Source of the DNA: Thermoplasmatales archaeon
GTDB lineage: Archaea; Thermoplasmatota; Thermoplasmata; Thermoplasmatales; Thermoplasmataceae
Direction of reading: 5' to 3'
Length of the DNA: 64,000 nucleotides
Assembly (NCBI GenBank): GCA_027310185.1
Contig: DAIDBH010000018.1
Span: 244,228-308,227 of the forward strand
Part shown: one piece after another, positions 9,120 through 19,048 of the stretch
Layout of the letters: the number at the start of each line of letters is the position of its first letter
How positions within the stretch are numbered: position 1 is the stretch's first letter
Translations under genes and position numbers: made by a program
The notes under the pieces: generated by a model
What the model was told of the DNA's origin: nothing
Database searches by the model: none
What the model saw: the letters and a program-made list of their open reading frames with translations, nothing else

Positions 9120-9788
9120 TCATCTTTTCTTTTCACTGAGTTTCTTCTGCTGTTCCTTATAGAAAGCACAGTATTCTGATACATTACACTCATCACATTT
9201 TGGTCCAACAGGCCTGCAGATTTTCTTGCCGAACTCAACCATCATGGGATTTAGACCAAGCCACAGTTTTTCCGGAATTATGGATCTCAATCTCATCTCA
9301 GTGACATCCGGATCGCTGGAATCAGACCATCCAATCCTCATGCTTATCCTCTGCACGTGTGTATCCACAGCAATCGCAGGTATGCCAAAGCCATCTGCCA
9401 GAACAACATTTGCAGTTTTTCTACCCACTCCCTTAATCTCAGTCAGCTCCTCAATTGATCTTGGCACCTGGCAGTCATATTTATTTTTTAGGAATTTTGC
9501 CGCCTCTATTACTCTCGCAGCCTTAACAGTTTTAAAGCCAACCCTGTTGATTATGGATAATACATCATCATAACTGGCTTCAGATAATCCATTGCAATCA
9601 TGATATCTATCAAACAGGCTTCTTGCAGCCCTATCAGTTACCTCATCCTTCGTCCGGTGTGACATTATTGTAGTTATAAGGACCCAGAAGGGATCAGAGA
9701 ACTCAAAGTGGTGCGGTGGACTCTGTTTTTCCATCAGTTCAATAATTCTTGGAATGTTGTTTTTGTCATCGCTCCTTTTGGAAACCAT
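9120..9788 (-). CDS. nth: Endonuclease III (HhH-GPD, 4Fe-4S)
   Basis: L-EIKGVGRKTANVVL, AVDTHVQR and C-x6-C-x2-C-x5-C motifs. Confidence 0.95.
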   Translation of the reverse strand: MVSKRSDDKNNIPRIIELMEKQSPPHHFEFSDPFWVLITTIMSHRTKDEVTDRAARSLFDRYHDCNGLSEASYDDVLSIINRVGFKTVKAARVIEAAKFLKNKYDCQVPRSIEELTEIKGVGRKTANVVLADGFGIPAIAVDTHVQRISMRIGWSDSSDPDVTEMRLRSIIPEKLWLGLNPMMVEFGKKICRPVGPKCDECNVSEYCAFYKEQQKKLSEKKR

Positions 9789-9835
9789 GAAAATGTGAAT
9801 ATAAACTATTTATTAAGGTAAGTGCATTCAGACCC

Positions 9836-10771
9836 ATGGAAAGTTATGATTTCCTCATTGTTGGTTCCGGGATAACTGGAATCAATATTGGAATGGAGCT
9901 CAGTAAAAGAGGTTTCAGGACACTTAACATAGACAGGTCAATGGACCTTGGATATCCTGTTTCCGGAAGTTGCTTCATTCCACTCAGTACATTCAACCGA
10001 TATTTCCGGAATTATGAAGAACATGTTAATGGAATTTTCACATCCGTAATCATCAGTGACGATAGTTCTGAGGAAGAGATATCACTTCCTGCTGAAAAGA
10101 ACATAATAAGCCTGGACAGGGAAAAGATTGTACGCCAGATGGCAACTGAACTTTCCCGTATTGGTGGAAAAATCAGCATAGCATCAACAATGGCATCATA
10201 TAATCTACGGGAACAAGGCAGGGTGAATATCAATCTGAAGAGGGAGGGAAAGGATGAAACCATTGAAGCTGGGAAGATCATAATCGCAACCGGGAATCCT
10301 GAAGAAAGTTTCCTGAAGCACGATAAAAACTGTATAATCAGAAAGTCAAGTTCCGTTTATTCAAGGGGAAAACTTGGAAAGTTTCCCGTGGAAAGTTTCA
10401 GGGTTGCAATGAATAGGGATGTCGCATCCATAGAAGCAATTTACATGGGGTCCAGGGAGGTGCTTCAGATAAACCAGGAAAAAGAACCGGTAGTAGGGGC
10501 AGAAGCCACGTTCAGGTACCATACGCTGACACATAGTTGTTTTCCTTATTCCAGCCCGGAGATTTTTGTATCTGGAAATATGCTTGGAACAGAAAATCTA
10601 ACCGGTACAGGAATAGGATATTCCATGGATTATAACCAGTTCCTAATAGATAATATTACTGAGGACAGGGAAAAACTTCTTGAAAAGTATAACTCCATGA
10701 ACTTAAAAAATGATTTCACCAGAATGGATCTGGTCGATTCTATCCTGTACAGGATACCTGTATACTCCTAG
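9836..10771 (+). CDS. FAD-dependent oxidoreductase, divergent geranylgeranyl-reductase-like
   Basis: N-terminal YDFLIVGSGITG dinucleotide-binding motif, LDRE, IIIATG and a degenerate G-GI segment. Confidence 0.6.
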   Translation: MESYDFLIVGSGITGINIGMELSKRGFRTLNIDRSMDLGYPVSGSCFIPLSTFNRYFRNYEEHVNGIFTSVIISDDSSEEEISLPAEKNIISLDREKIVRQMATELSRIGGKISIASTMASYNLREQGRVNINLKREGKDETIEAGKIIIATGNPEESFLKHDKNCIIRKSSSVYSRGKLGKFPVESFRVAMNRDVASIEAIYMGSREVLQINQEKEPVVGAEATFRYHTLTHSCFPYSSPEIFVSGNMLGTENLTGTGIGYSMDYNQFLIDNITEDREKLLEKYNSMNLKNDFTRMDLVDSILYRIPVYS

Positions 10772-12129
10772 TCCTCGAATTCCTTTAGCAGGTCAGGATT
10801 ACCCTTCATCTGCCCCCTCATCATCTTCTTAAGGGCACGATTTCCCTTCATCATTTTCGCATTTTCCTTCATGGCCCTGAATTCTTTCAGGAGATTTCTC
10901 ACATCTTGTTCGCTTGTTCCAGATCCTCTCGATACCCTTCTGATTACCTTTGCATTTATTATTTCAGGATTCTCAAGTTCCTTATATGTCATAGAATCAA
11001 GTATGACCGTATATTTGCCTATTTTTTCCTGTGCGGCATCAAGATCGAGCATATTGCTGGCTCCCTTTGGCATCTTTCCTACGGGTATTGAATCAAAGAG
11101 CCTCTTCATGAGTGATGGTTTTGCGAATTTCTCCCATATATCATACATATCCATGAGGTTGAACTTTCCGCTCATGATCTTTGTCATTGTTTCTTCTGCT
11201 TTCTCATCACTAATGTCTGCTTCCTGTGCAACATCTAGCAGGGCCTCCGGATCACCCATGCCAAGAAGCCTTCCAAGGAATTTCTTTGGGCTGAATATCT
11301 CAAAATCCTCCAGATGCTCGCCAGTTCCTATCATGTAGACGGGAACACCTGTCTGGGCAACTGCACTCAGTGCACCACCAGCCTTTCCAGTCCCATCCAT
11401 CTTTGTTATTATTACGCCAGTAAGCCCTGTTGCTTCCATGAGGGACTTTGCCTGAGGTCCAGCCTGCTGTCCAATTGTCGCATCCATGACGAGGAGGACC
11501 TCATCAGGGTTTACCGCTTTCTTGAGCTTCGTGATTTCATCCAGGAGTTCGCTGTCCAGTGAATCTCTTCCACTGGTATCAACAATCTTTACCTGGATAT
11601 CCTTCAGTTCATCAACGGACTGGTTGAATATCTTTACGGGGTTCTTTTCTCCTTTCATCCCAAAGAACCTGGCACCAGATTGCTCTGAAATGGTTCTCAA
11701 CTGTTCAAATGCTGCTGGCCTGTGTACATCACATGCCACAAAGCCCGTAGAAAGACCCTTCTTTATGAAGAATCTTGCAAGTTTTCCAGCAGTGGTTGTC
11801 TTTCCCTGACCATATAGACCAACAAGCATTATTGTCTGTGGTTGTATTTTCAGGTTAGAGGACTTGCCAAGAATTGAGAGCAATTCTTCATAAACTATTT
11901 TCAAAATGTAGTCTTGCGGTGTCATTCCCGCTGGTGGCTTCTCGTTTTCTGATCTTTCCTCTATCTTCCTGCTGAGATCAAGAGTGAGTTTTACATTAAC
12001 ATCGGCTTTGAGAAGAGCCCTCTGAATATCTCTTATCATCTCCTTTATGACATTCTTGTCAATATAACTGGAGCCAGTAATCTTCCTGAAAGTCTCCCTC
12101 AACGAGCTTGACAGGTTATCCAGGGCCAA
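10768..12129 (-). CDS. srp54: Signal recognition particle protein SRP54
   Basis: GLYGQGKTTT, DTSGR and TKMDG GTPase motifs; Met-rich M domain; TTG start 6 nt after GGTGA. Confidence 0.97.
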   Translation of the reverse strand: MALDNLSSSLRETFRKITGSSYIDKNVIKEMIRDIQRALLKADVNVKLTLDLSRKIEERSENEKPPAGMTPQDYILKIVYEELLSILGKSSNLKIQPQTIMLVGLYGQGKTTTAGKLARFFIKKGLSTGFVACDVHRPAAFEQLRTISEQSGARFFGMKGEKNPVKIFNQSVDELKDIQVKIVDTSGRDSLDSELLDEITKLKKAVNPDEVLLVMDATIGQQAGPQAKSLMEATGLTGVIITKMDGTGKAGGALSAVAQTGVPVYMIGTGEHLEDFEIFSPKKFLGRLLGMGDPEALLDVAQEADISDEKAEETMTKIMSGKFNLMDMYDIWEKFAKPSLMKRLFDSIPVGKMPKGASNMLDLDAAQEKIGKYTVILDSMTYKELENPEIINAKVIRRVSRGSGTSEQDVRNLLKEFRAMKENAKMMKGNRALKKMMRGQMKGNPDLLKEFED

Positions 12130-12141
12130 ATCATCTCACCC

Positions 12142-12447
12142 CTAATATTCCCTCCACCTGTGCCCACATTTAGCGCACGTATAGATTGCCGTTTCAGGTT
12201 CATCTGCAGCCCTTGTCTGCTTCAGAACGTAATAAGCACCCTTGTTTCCGCATTTTGGGCACACTGCTTCTGAGTCAAGTGGTTCAATATGAACTTCCTC
12301 CCTGATCATCACAACATCTTTTTCAGTACTCTTTGCCACTACCTTCCCATCCATTTTCCTGTTACCCTTTTCTTCATGTCCACATACCGGACAAATATTC
12401 TTGTCCCTTCCAGGTATTATAAGTGATCCGCATTTTGAGCAAAACAT
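12142..12447 (-). CDS. tfs: Transcription factor S (TFS)
   Basis: MFCSKCGS Zn ribbon and CPKCG...QTRAADEPET...C-KCGH-WREY with intact acidic DE hairpin. Confidence 0.93.
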   Translation of the reverse strand: MFCSKCGSLIIPGRDKNICPVCGHEEKGNRKMDGKVVAKSTEKDVVMIREEVHIEPLDSEAVCPKCGNKGAYYVLKQTRAADEPETAIYTCAKCGHRWREY

Positions 12448-12564
12448 AATCCCATATATCCTGTCCTGATATTTGTCCATTACTACATGATTTTTGTTTT
12501 TCCCATGATTATTAATCAATCATCCTCTGTGAAAATTTATTTTAATAGTTAGGCATGTGCATGC

Positions 12565-13254
12565 ATGGTAAAACTTGATGATGCCATCATAGCAAGACTT
12601 GATCACGCAGGGCATAAATTTGAGATTCTCGTAGACCCAGACGCTGTAGAAAGAATCAGGGAAGGAAAACTGGACGTGGAAAATGATCTAGCCTCTGAAG
12701 ACATATTCAAGGATGCCAGGAAGGGGGAAAAAGCCGGAGAAGAAGCCATTAAAGAGGTATTCAAGACAGACGACATATCAAAGATTGTATCTGAAATAAT
12801 AAAGCGTGGACAGATACAGCTTACAACAGAGCAGAAACATAAAATGGTGGAAACGAAGAGAAAAATAATCATAAATACAATCTCCAGGGAAAGCATAAAT
12901 CCACAGACAAACGCACCAAATCCTCCAGCAAGGATAGAAGCGGCAATGGAAGAAGCAAAGATCCATATAGACCCGTTCAAGCCAGTGAATGAACAGATAA
13001 ACATGGTACTGAAAGAATTGAAGCCAATTATTCCCATAAGAATGGAAAAAGTCAAGCTTGCAATAAAGGTAAGAGGAGACGCTTATGGTAGAATGTACGG
13101 TGATATCAGCCATGAGGGCCAGATACTGAAAGAGGAGTGGGGGAAGGACGGAAACTGGATGTGTGTAATTGAAGTATCTGCTGGGATGTATGGAGATATA
13201 ATTTCATCGCTTGGGCGAAAGGGAAAGGACGATATAGATATAAGAAAAATATAA
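12565..13254 (+). CDS. Ribosome maturation factor SBDS
   Basis: GHKFEILVDP, IF-DA-KG, G-IQLTTEQ and NPQT-AP-PP-RIE-AMEEA motifs. Confidence 0.95.
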   Translation: MVKLDDAIIARLDHAGHKFEILVDPDAVERIREGKLDVENDLASEDIFKDARKGEKAGEEAIKEVFKTDDISKIVSEIIKRGQIQLTTEQKHKMVETKRKIIINTISRESINPQTNAPNPPARIEAAMEEAKIHIDPFKPVNEQINMVLKELKPIIPIRMEKVKLAIKVRGDAYGRMYGDISHEGQILKEEWGKDGNWMCVIEVSAGMYGDIISSLGRKGKDDIDIRKI

Positions 13255-13397
13255 GGACGAAAAATTTCTTTGCAGTTCAATTGAAATAATTAAAGAAACA
13301 ATATATAAGAAGTTTTCATTGCCCTGTTAAAGAGAGATGAGATAGACAAAATACAAAATGTATTAATTAAGATGAGAAATAAAGGATGTGATTTAAG

Positions 13398-14093
13398 ACG
13401 AGAGAAATAAAAGAGATTGTGTTTCCAGGAGATGACATTGATCCGGGAAACCTTAAACCAAGAAATGGCCTGCACAGGGATGCTGACGGGAAATTAACAT
13501 CACAGTATTTTGGCGTGATACAGAAAGGGGAGGAGTACATAGATATAGTCCCGTTCAATGGCAGTTATTTCCCAAGACGTGGTGACAAGGTAATAGGAAA
13601 GATCATGGAGGTAGGGCCATCAATGTGGACAGTGGATATAAAATCACCTTACATGACAATGCTTCACATGAATGATACACCATGGAGAACAATATCCGGC
13701 GACCTGAAGAAATTCCTGACTACAGGCGACTATGTGTATGCCAAGGTAATGAATGTAAATGAAATAAAGGAAAGCTGGATTACGCTGAAGGAACCAGGAA
13801 TAGGATTGAGAAAGCTGGAAGGGGGGCACATAATGTCAATTCCTGCACCAAAGGTGCCAAGGATCATAGGAAAGAACGGTTCCATGGTCAATATGGTAAA
13901 GGATGCAACATTCACAAGGATTGTAATAGGACAGAATGGGCTCATATGGATAGACGGACTCCCTGAAAACGTGATTGTTGCTTCAGAGGCAATAGGCCTA
14001 ATAGAAAGTGAAGCACATGCCACAGGACTGACAGACAGAATTACAGAATTTTTGAAAAGTAAAAAAGGTGAAATTAATGGGAACACCCAGTGA
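13398..14093 (+). CDS. rrp4: Exosome RNA-binding subunit Rrp4 (start uncertain: ACG 13398 or GTG 13419)
   Basis: IVFPGD, Y-P--GD-VIG S1 domain and VPRIIGKNGSM KH domain; exosome operon context. Confidence 0.93.
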   Translation, partial: TREIKEIVFPGDDIDPGNLKPRNGLHRDADGKLTSQYFGVIQKGEEYIDIVPFNGSYFPRRGDKVIGKIMEVGPSMWTVDIKSPYMTMLHMNDTPWRTISGDLKKFLTTGDYVYAKVMNVNEIKESWITLKEPGIGLRKLEGGHIMSIPAPKVPRIIGKNGSMVNMVKDATFTRIVIGQNGLIWIDGLPENVIVASEAIGLIESEAHATGLTDRITEFLKSKKGEINGNTQ

Positions 14094-14829
14094 TAAGAAA
14101 CTGATAAATGAGAATGGATTAAGACTTGACGGAAGAGGAGATGAAGAACTGCGACCTATCAAAATAACAACGAATGTTCTTGAAAGGGCAGACGGAAGCG
14201 CCTTCATGGAATGGGGAGGCAACAAGATACTTGTGGCCGTATATGGTCCCAGGGAAGCATACCCCAAGCACACCCAGGATATTGAAAAAAGTGTTATAAA
14301 AGCAAGATACAATATGGCAGCTTTCTCTGTGGACGAGAGAAAAAGGCCGGGACCAGACAGGAGATCAACAGAAATATCCAAGGTAATTTCCGAAGCACTG
14401 AACGCAGCAGTTATGGTGGAACAGTTTCCAAGAACGCAAATTGACGTGTTCATAGAGGTCATACAGGCAGATGCAGGAACCAGAATTGCAAGCCTGACAG
14501 CAGCTTCAGTTGCCATTGCGTCAGCCGGCATACCGATGAGGGACATGGTAGTAGGATGCTCAGCTGGAAAGGTGGAGGACAGAATAGTCCTTGATCTTTC
14601 AAAAGATGAGGATAATTTTGGTCAGGCCGACCTGCCAATGGCTGTACTTTCAAAGAATAAACAGGTTGTACTGATACAGATGGATGGAGACCTTTCCAAG
14701 GAGGAATTCGGGAAAGCTACAGACATGATAATCAAGGCAACCGACAGAATAGCTGAAATTCAGAGAAAGGCGCTCTCTGAAAAATATAAGATTGAGAATC
14801 TATCTGAATCACAGAATGGAGGTGAGTAA
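14077..14829 (+). CDS. rrp41: Exosome catalytic subunit Rrp41
   Basis: RLDGR--ELRP, ADGSA, YGPRE, PDRRS-EIS and ADAGTR motifs; ATG 5 nt after GGTGA. Confidence 0.96.
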   Translation: MGTPSDKKLINENGLRLDGRGDEELRPIKITTNVLERADGSAFMEWGGNKILVAVYGPREAYPKHTQDIEKSVIKARYNMAAFSVDERKRPGPDRRSTEISKVISEALNAAVMVEQFPRTQIDVFIEVIQADAGTRIASLTAASVAIASAGIPMRDMVVGCSAGKVEDRIVLDLSKDEDNFGQADLPMAVLSKNKQVVLIQMDGDLSKEEFGKATDMIIKATDRIAEIQRKALSEKYKIENLSESQNGGE

Positions 14830-15615
14830 ATGCCCAAAGATGCAAGTGGAATCTTGTCAGAGATAAAGAAGGGATACATAAGTAAAAAATTAAAGGAAGG
14901 AACAAGAGCAGATCAGAGAAAGCTCGATGAATTCAGGGCAATCAGGATAGAGCCAAATTTCATTCCGAGAGCTCAGGGCTCAGCATTTGTGAATCTTGGA
15001 AAGACTAAAGTTCTTGTAGGTGTGAAGGTAGAATCAGGAGAGCCATTCCCAGATACACCAAATCAGGGGGTTCTGACAACAAACGTTGAAATGCTGCCAA
15101 TGGCATTCCCAACATTTGAACCGGGACCGCCTAATGAGGAGTCCATAGAAATAGCAAGGGTTGTTGACAGGGGCATAAGGGAGAGCAAGATGATAGACCT
15201 TGAAAAGCTATGCGTTGAACCAGGTAAGAAAGTAATGATAGTTTTCGTTGATATTGACGTACTGGATTATGACGGGAACCTGATAGATGCATGCACAATG
15301 GGCGTAGTGACTGCACTGCACACAGCAACATACAAAGTTGATGAAGCATCACCAGAAACAAAACTGCCGGTCAGATCCATGCCAATATCTGTAACAATGG
15401 CGAAAATAGATGACGAACTTGTCTGTGACCCTGATGTTGAAGAGGAACAGATGTCAGATGCCAGATTGACCGTAACATTCACAGAAGATGGACATATAAG
15501 AGCAATGCAGAAGGGTAACTCAGGTTCATTTTCCATGGATCAGATTAAAAAGGGAATTGACATGTCGGAAGTAGTTGGAAATAAAATCAGGGAATACATC
15601 AAGCAGGTGATTTAA
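14830..15615 (+). CDS. rrp42: Exosome subunit Rrp42
   Basis: [32 protein letters not shown] and DGNL-DA motifs. Confidence 0.96.
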   Translation: MPKDASGILSEIKKGYISKKLKEGTRADQRKLDEFRAIRIEPNFIPRAQGSAFVNLGKTKVLVGVKVESGEPFPDTPNQGVLTTNVEMLPMAFPTFEPGPPNEESIEIARVVDRGIRESKMIDLEKLCVEPGKKVMIVFVDIDVLDYDGNLIDACTMGVVTALHTATYKVDEASPETKLPVRSMPISVTMAKIDDELVCDPDVEEEQMSDARLTVTFTEDGHIRAMQKGNSGSFSMDQIKKGIDMSEVVGNKIREYIKQVI

Positions 15616-15617
15616 AA

Positions 15618-15878
15618 ATGTCAAGAAGAACGTTGAAAGTTGGACCAGCGGGCAGATTTGGCCCAAGATACGGTGTCACGGTAAGGAAAGTATGGAGTGA
15701 AATCTACAAACAGAAGAAGGCGAAATACGAGTGCCCGAAATGCAAGCAGCTGAAAGTTGTCAGGATAGCATCAGGCATCTGGACTTGCAGGCACTGCGGA
15801 TACAAGTTCGCTGGGGGGTCCTACAATCCGGAATTCTCCCAGAGAGTAAAAGAGGAACTGGTAGACAATGCAGTATAA
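15618..15878 (+). CDS. rpl37ae: 50S ribosomal protein L37Ae (eL43)
   Basis: [11 protein letters not shown] and CPKC...GIW-C--C---FAGG-Y motifs. Confidence 0.96.
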   Translation: MSRRTLKVGPAGRFGPRYGVTVRKVWSEIYKQKKAKYECPKCKQLKVVRIASGIWTCRHCGYKFAGGSYNPEFSQRVKEELVDNAV

Positions 15879-16002
15879 GTGCATAAGATGCGGTCGAATT
15901 CTCGAGAAGTCCCTAGGAACCAATGAAATAGAATGCGAGTGTGGTTCCAGGGTTTTCCTGAAGGAAAGACCAAATGTGGAAAAAGAAGTAAATTCAAGAT
16001 GA
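15868..16002 (+). CDS. rpo12: RNA polymerase subunit Rpo12 (RpoP), 44 aa, not in ORF track
   Basis: Hand translation [44 protein letters not shown]; canonical position after L37Ae. Confidence 0.92.
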   Translation: MQYKCIRCGRILEKSLGTNEIECECGSRVFLKERPNVEKEVNSR

Positions 16003-16011
16003 GCATCCAGC

Positions 16012-17169
16012 ATGGATAAATTCACCCAGTTATCCAACGAAAAACTGTGTATCAGGTGCGCTGGAAGAATTTTTGCAACTGTGGGTCACACCATGACTAA
16101 CCTGGATCGTGGTAACCATATTTTATTCACTTCCAGATGTATGGGATATGACCTCAATTTTGTTGAAGAGAAATACTGTTCGTTGTGTTCAGGAATATTT
16201 CTGGAAATCCCAAAATATGCAGAAGAGATTCAAAGGAGGCTTGCTGGCTACGAATACCGGACAATCCTTATAGGATCATCATTTCCCGCTGATATACTGG
16301 AAAAAGAAAAGGTATTACAGGAGAGATATGGCAATCTTGGAGAACCAATAAAAAAGGAATTCAGCCGTGAGCTTGGAAAATATTATCTGGATATGACTGG
16401 AAAGGAATTTGACAGAACTGATCCGGATATAATGGCAAAGGTGAATGTGGAATACATGTCAATAGAATTCCAGATAAAATCTCTTCTTATATATGGTATA
16501 TACAACAAGAATGTGCGTGGGATTCCACAGACAAGATGGATTAAATACTCTGAAAAAACAGATACAGTAGAATCGGTGATCGGGGAACAGCTCAAAGTGA
16601 TGGGAAAAGGAAAGGACTATGCGCTCCATGGAGCTGGAAGGGAGGATGTTGACGTCAGGATGCTTGGCAATGGTCGGGAGTTTGTAATTGAGCTAACGGA
16701 ACCAAGATTAAGAAGTATAGACCTTAATAAGTTAATGGAAAGCATAAACAAAACAAATCTTGGAGTTGTAGTCTCATCAATGAGGCCATCAAGCAGGGAG
16801 GAGATCAAAAACATCAAGAACGAGAAGCATTACAAGATATACTGCGCAAAACTTGAATCTGGCAAACCTGTTTCATGCGAGGAATTAAGGGAGATATGTA
16901 AGGAATTTAACGGGAAAGTTATATATCAAAGGACACCATTACGAGTTAGCAGTTCCAGATCTGATCTTGTAAGGGAGAGAAGGATAGCTGAAATGTCAGT
17001 GGAATGCAGGGAAAATGGTGATCACATATTAACCATTGAGGCAGAAGCTGGGACATATATCAAGGAGCTCATCAGCGGTGATGATGGCAGAACAAGTCCA
17101 AGTCTCGCTGAGAAGTTAGGTACCGATATAAGGATCAGGGAACTGGATGTAATAATGATCAAAAGGTGA
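16012..17169 (+). CDS. pus10: tRNA pseudouridine(54/55) synthase Pus10
   Basis: RGIPQTRW, HGAGREDVDVRMLG-GR-FV-E, QRTP-RV and GTYIKELISGD-GRT-PSL motifs. Confidence 0.95.
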   Translation: MDKFTQLSNEKLCIRCAGRIFATVGHTMTNLDRGNHILFTSRCMGYDLNFVEEKYCSLCSGIFLEIPKYAEEIQRRLAGYEYRTILIGSSFPADILEKEKVLQERYGNLGEPIKKEFSRELGKYYLDMTGKEFDRTDPDIMAKVNVEYMSIEFQIKSLLIYGIYNKNVRGIPQTRWIKYSEKTDTVESVIGEQLKVMGKGKDYALHGAGREDVDVRMLGNGREFVIELTEPRLRSIDLNKLMESINKTNLGVVVSSMRPSSREEIKNIKNEKHYKIYCAKLESGKPVSCEELREICKEFNGKVIYQRTPLRVSSSRSDLVRERRIAEMSVECRENGDHILTIEAEAGTYIKELISGDDGRTSPSLAEKLGTDIRIRELDVIMIKR

Positions 17170-17174
17170 AAAAA

Positions 17175-17471
17175 ATGGTAAAAATGTCACATGGACCGAG
17201 GTCAGGATCAAGAATGACCATGACAAAAAGACTGAAAGATAGGGGAATGCCAAGAATAAATTCATACATGAGAAAATTTGAGGTAGGAGAATTTGTGGCA
17301 GTGAATATAGATCCATCTGTTCATAAGGGAATGCCATTTCATAATTTCCAGGGCTTTACTGGTGTTATTGAGGGCATGCAGGGAAGATGCTACCTCCTGG
17401 GTATAAAGGTGGGTGGAGTGAGAAAGACCATTATCGCCGATCCTGTACATCTGAGAAAAATCAAGGTGTAG
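17175..17471 (+). CDS. rpl21e: 50S ribosomal protein L21e
   Basis: SHG-R--SR, IDPSVHKGMP---FQG-TG and PVHL motifs. Confidence 0.96.
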   Translation: MVKMSHGPRSGSRMTMTKRLKDRGMPRINSYMRKFEVGEFVAVNIDPSVHKGMPFHNFQGFTGVIEGMQGRCYLLGIKVGGVRKTIIADPVHLRKIKV

Positions 17472-17473
17472 GT

Positions 17474-17782
17474 ATGAATATAAAATATATCACATCTTCA
17501 GAGGCCAGGGATTTACTTCAGGATCTGAAGGAAAATTCACCTGAAGAAGCAAAGGAATTTGAATATGTGAGACAGTTTTCCAGACTCAGCAAGAAGGATG
17601 CAGTTGAAGCCGTAAAGAAAATATCTGAGCTTTCTGGTTTTTCAGAGGAAGTTTGTGTAAAGATAGTTGATCTTATGCCATCTAACATTGAGCAGATGCT
17701 TGCAATTTTAAATTCTTATAAACTCACACCAAAAGATGAAGTTTTAAGTAGTATAATTGATTATTTAAAAGAATTGCAGTGA
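17474..17782 (+). CDS. rpo4: RNA polymerase subunit Rpo4 (RpoF)
   Basis: YIT-SEA--LL, Y---FSRL and KIVDLMP motifs; conserved L21e-rpoF-DUF655 synteny. Confidence 0.88.
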   Translation: MNIKYITSSEARDLLQDLKENSPEEAKEFEYVRQFSRLSKKDAVEAVKKISELSGFSEEVCVKIVDLMPSNIEQMLAILNSYKLTPKDEVLSSIIDYLKELQ

Positions 17783-17786
17783 TAAC

Positions 17787-18335
17787 ATGGAAGAATATGC
17801 TTTCATTCTGGACGTTCTAATGCAGGGTAGGTCTACAGATCATTCATACAGCAGGACACCTCTTGTTTTCGGTTTGGGGGAGACTGAGTTCAAGCTTCTG
17901 GAAATGATTCCAAAGGAAGGTGCGATTCTGACAGTTGGTGATAAGGTATATATTGGAAAGGACCTCCAGAAGAGGGATAAAATCATGACTGTGAAACGCA
18001 GAATAGGATATGAGGAATTATCATCGTCTGCAGTAACTGAATTGCCATATATACTTGAAAATATTGTAAAGGAGAATGAGAAAAAATACGTTGACTTCTT
18101 CAACAGGGCCGAGTCAATCAATTCTAGAATGCACACTCTTGAACTTCTTCCAGGACTGGGAAATAAAACCATGTGGTCAATCATTGACGAAAGGAAAAAG
18201 AAGCCATTTGAATCATTCAAGGATCTTACAGACAGGGTAAAAACGGTTCATCATCCTGAAAAGATGATCGCGGTTAGGATTGCGCAGGAAATTGACGGGA
18301 AGAACGAAAAATACAGGATTTTTGTTAAGCAATGA
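17787..18335 (+). CDS. DUF655 putative RNA-binding protein
   Basis: MEEYA-ILD, GE--F-LLE, FFN-A--I--RMH-LELLPGLG-K and PFESF-D motifs. Confidence 0.92.
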   Translation: MEEYAFILDVLMQGRSTDHSYSRTPLVFGLGETEFKLLEMIPKEGAILTVGDKVYIGKDLQKRDKIMTVKRRIGYEELSSSAVTELPYILENIVKENEKKYVDFFNRAESINSRMHTLELLPGLGNKTMWSIIDERKKKPFESFKDLTDRVKTVHHPEKMIAVRIAQEIDGKNEKYRIFVKQ

Positions 18336-19048
18336 AGCTTTATACGGAAAAATATGGACAGGTCCTGTTGAGGGACAAGAATATCGCGCAGATAGAGATT
18401 TCAAATCTTGATGAGGCAGAAAAAGTTCTTGAAATAGGTCCGGGAGAAGGATTCTTAACGCAGTTTCTTCTTGAAAAATATCCAAAGGTAACAGTTGTGG
18501 AATCTGATCATAGATTTGTGGATATTCTCAGGGTAAAATTTTTTGATTATATTGAGCACGGTCATCTAGAGATCATACACGGAGATTTCCTTGAATATGC
18601 GGAATTAACACAGGATCAGATAATAGGCAATGTGCCTTACCACATTTCCTCAAAAATTGTCCAGAAATTATCCACGATGAGGTTCAACAAGGCTGTCCTC
18701 ATGTTCCAGAGTGAATTTGCAACAACCCTGATGGCAAAGCCTTCCACAAAGGAATATACAAGAATGACTGTATTCGCCTACCTCAACTTCAACATTGAAT
18801 TTATCAGGCTTGTTTCAAGAAACAGCTTCTCTCCTGTTCCGGGTGTAGATAGTGCCATAATATCCCTGAAAAACCATGATAATTTTCCAGATCTTGACAG
18901 GAATTTTGCAGAAATAAAACTGAGGCAGATGTTCTCTCAGAAAAGGAAAAAGCTCAAGAATGTCATCGAAAACTGCCCCGCAGAATTCCAGGAGAACCGG
19001 GTCGATCAACTGCCACCGGAATCAATCGTGACTTTATTACGTAATTAA
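18332..19048 (+). CDS. rsmA: 16S rRNA m6,2A dimethyltransferase KsgA/Dim1
   Basis: GQ--L, VLEIGPG-G-LT, GNVPYHISS and F-P-P-VDSA motifs. Confidence 0.93.
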   Translation: MKLYTEKYGQVLLRDKNIAQIEISNLDEAEKVLEIGPGEGFLTQFLLEKYPKVTVVESDHRFVDILRVKFFDYIEHGHLEIIHGDFLEYAELTQDQIIGNVPYHISSKIVQKLSTMRFNKAVLMFQSEFATTLMAKPSTKEYTRMTVFAYLNFNIEFIRLVSRNSFSPVPGVDSAIISLKNHDNFPDLDRNFAEIKLRQMFSQKRKKLKNVIENCPAEFQENRVDQLPPESIVTLLRN

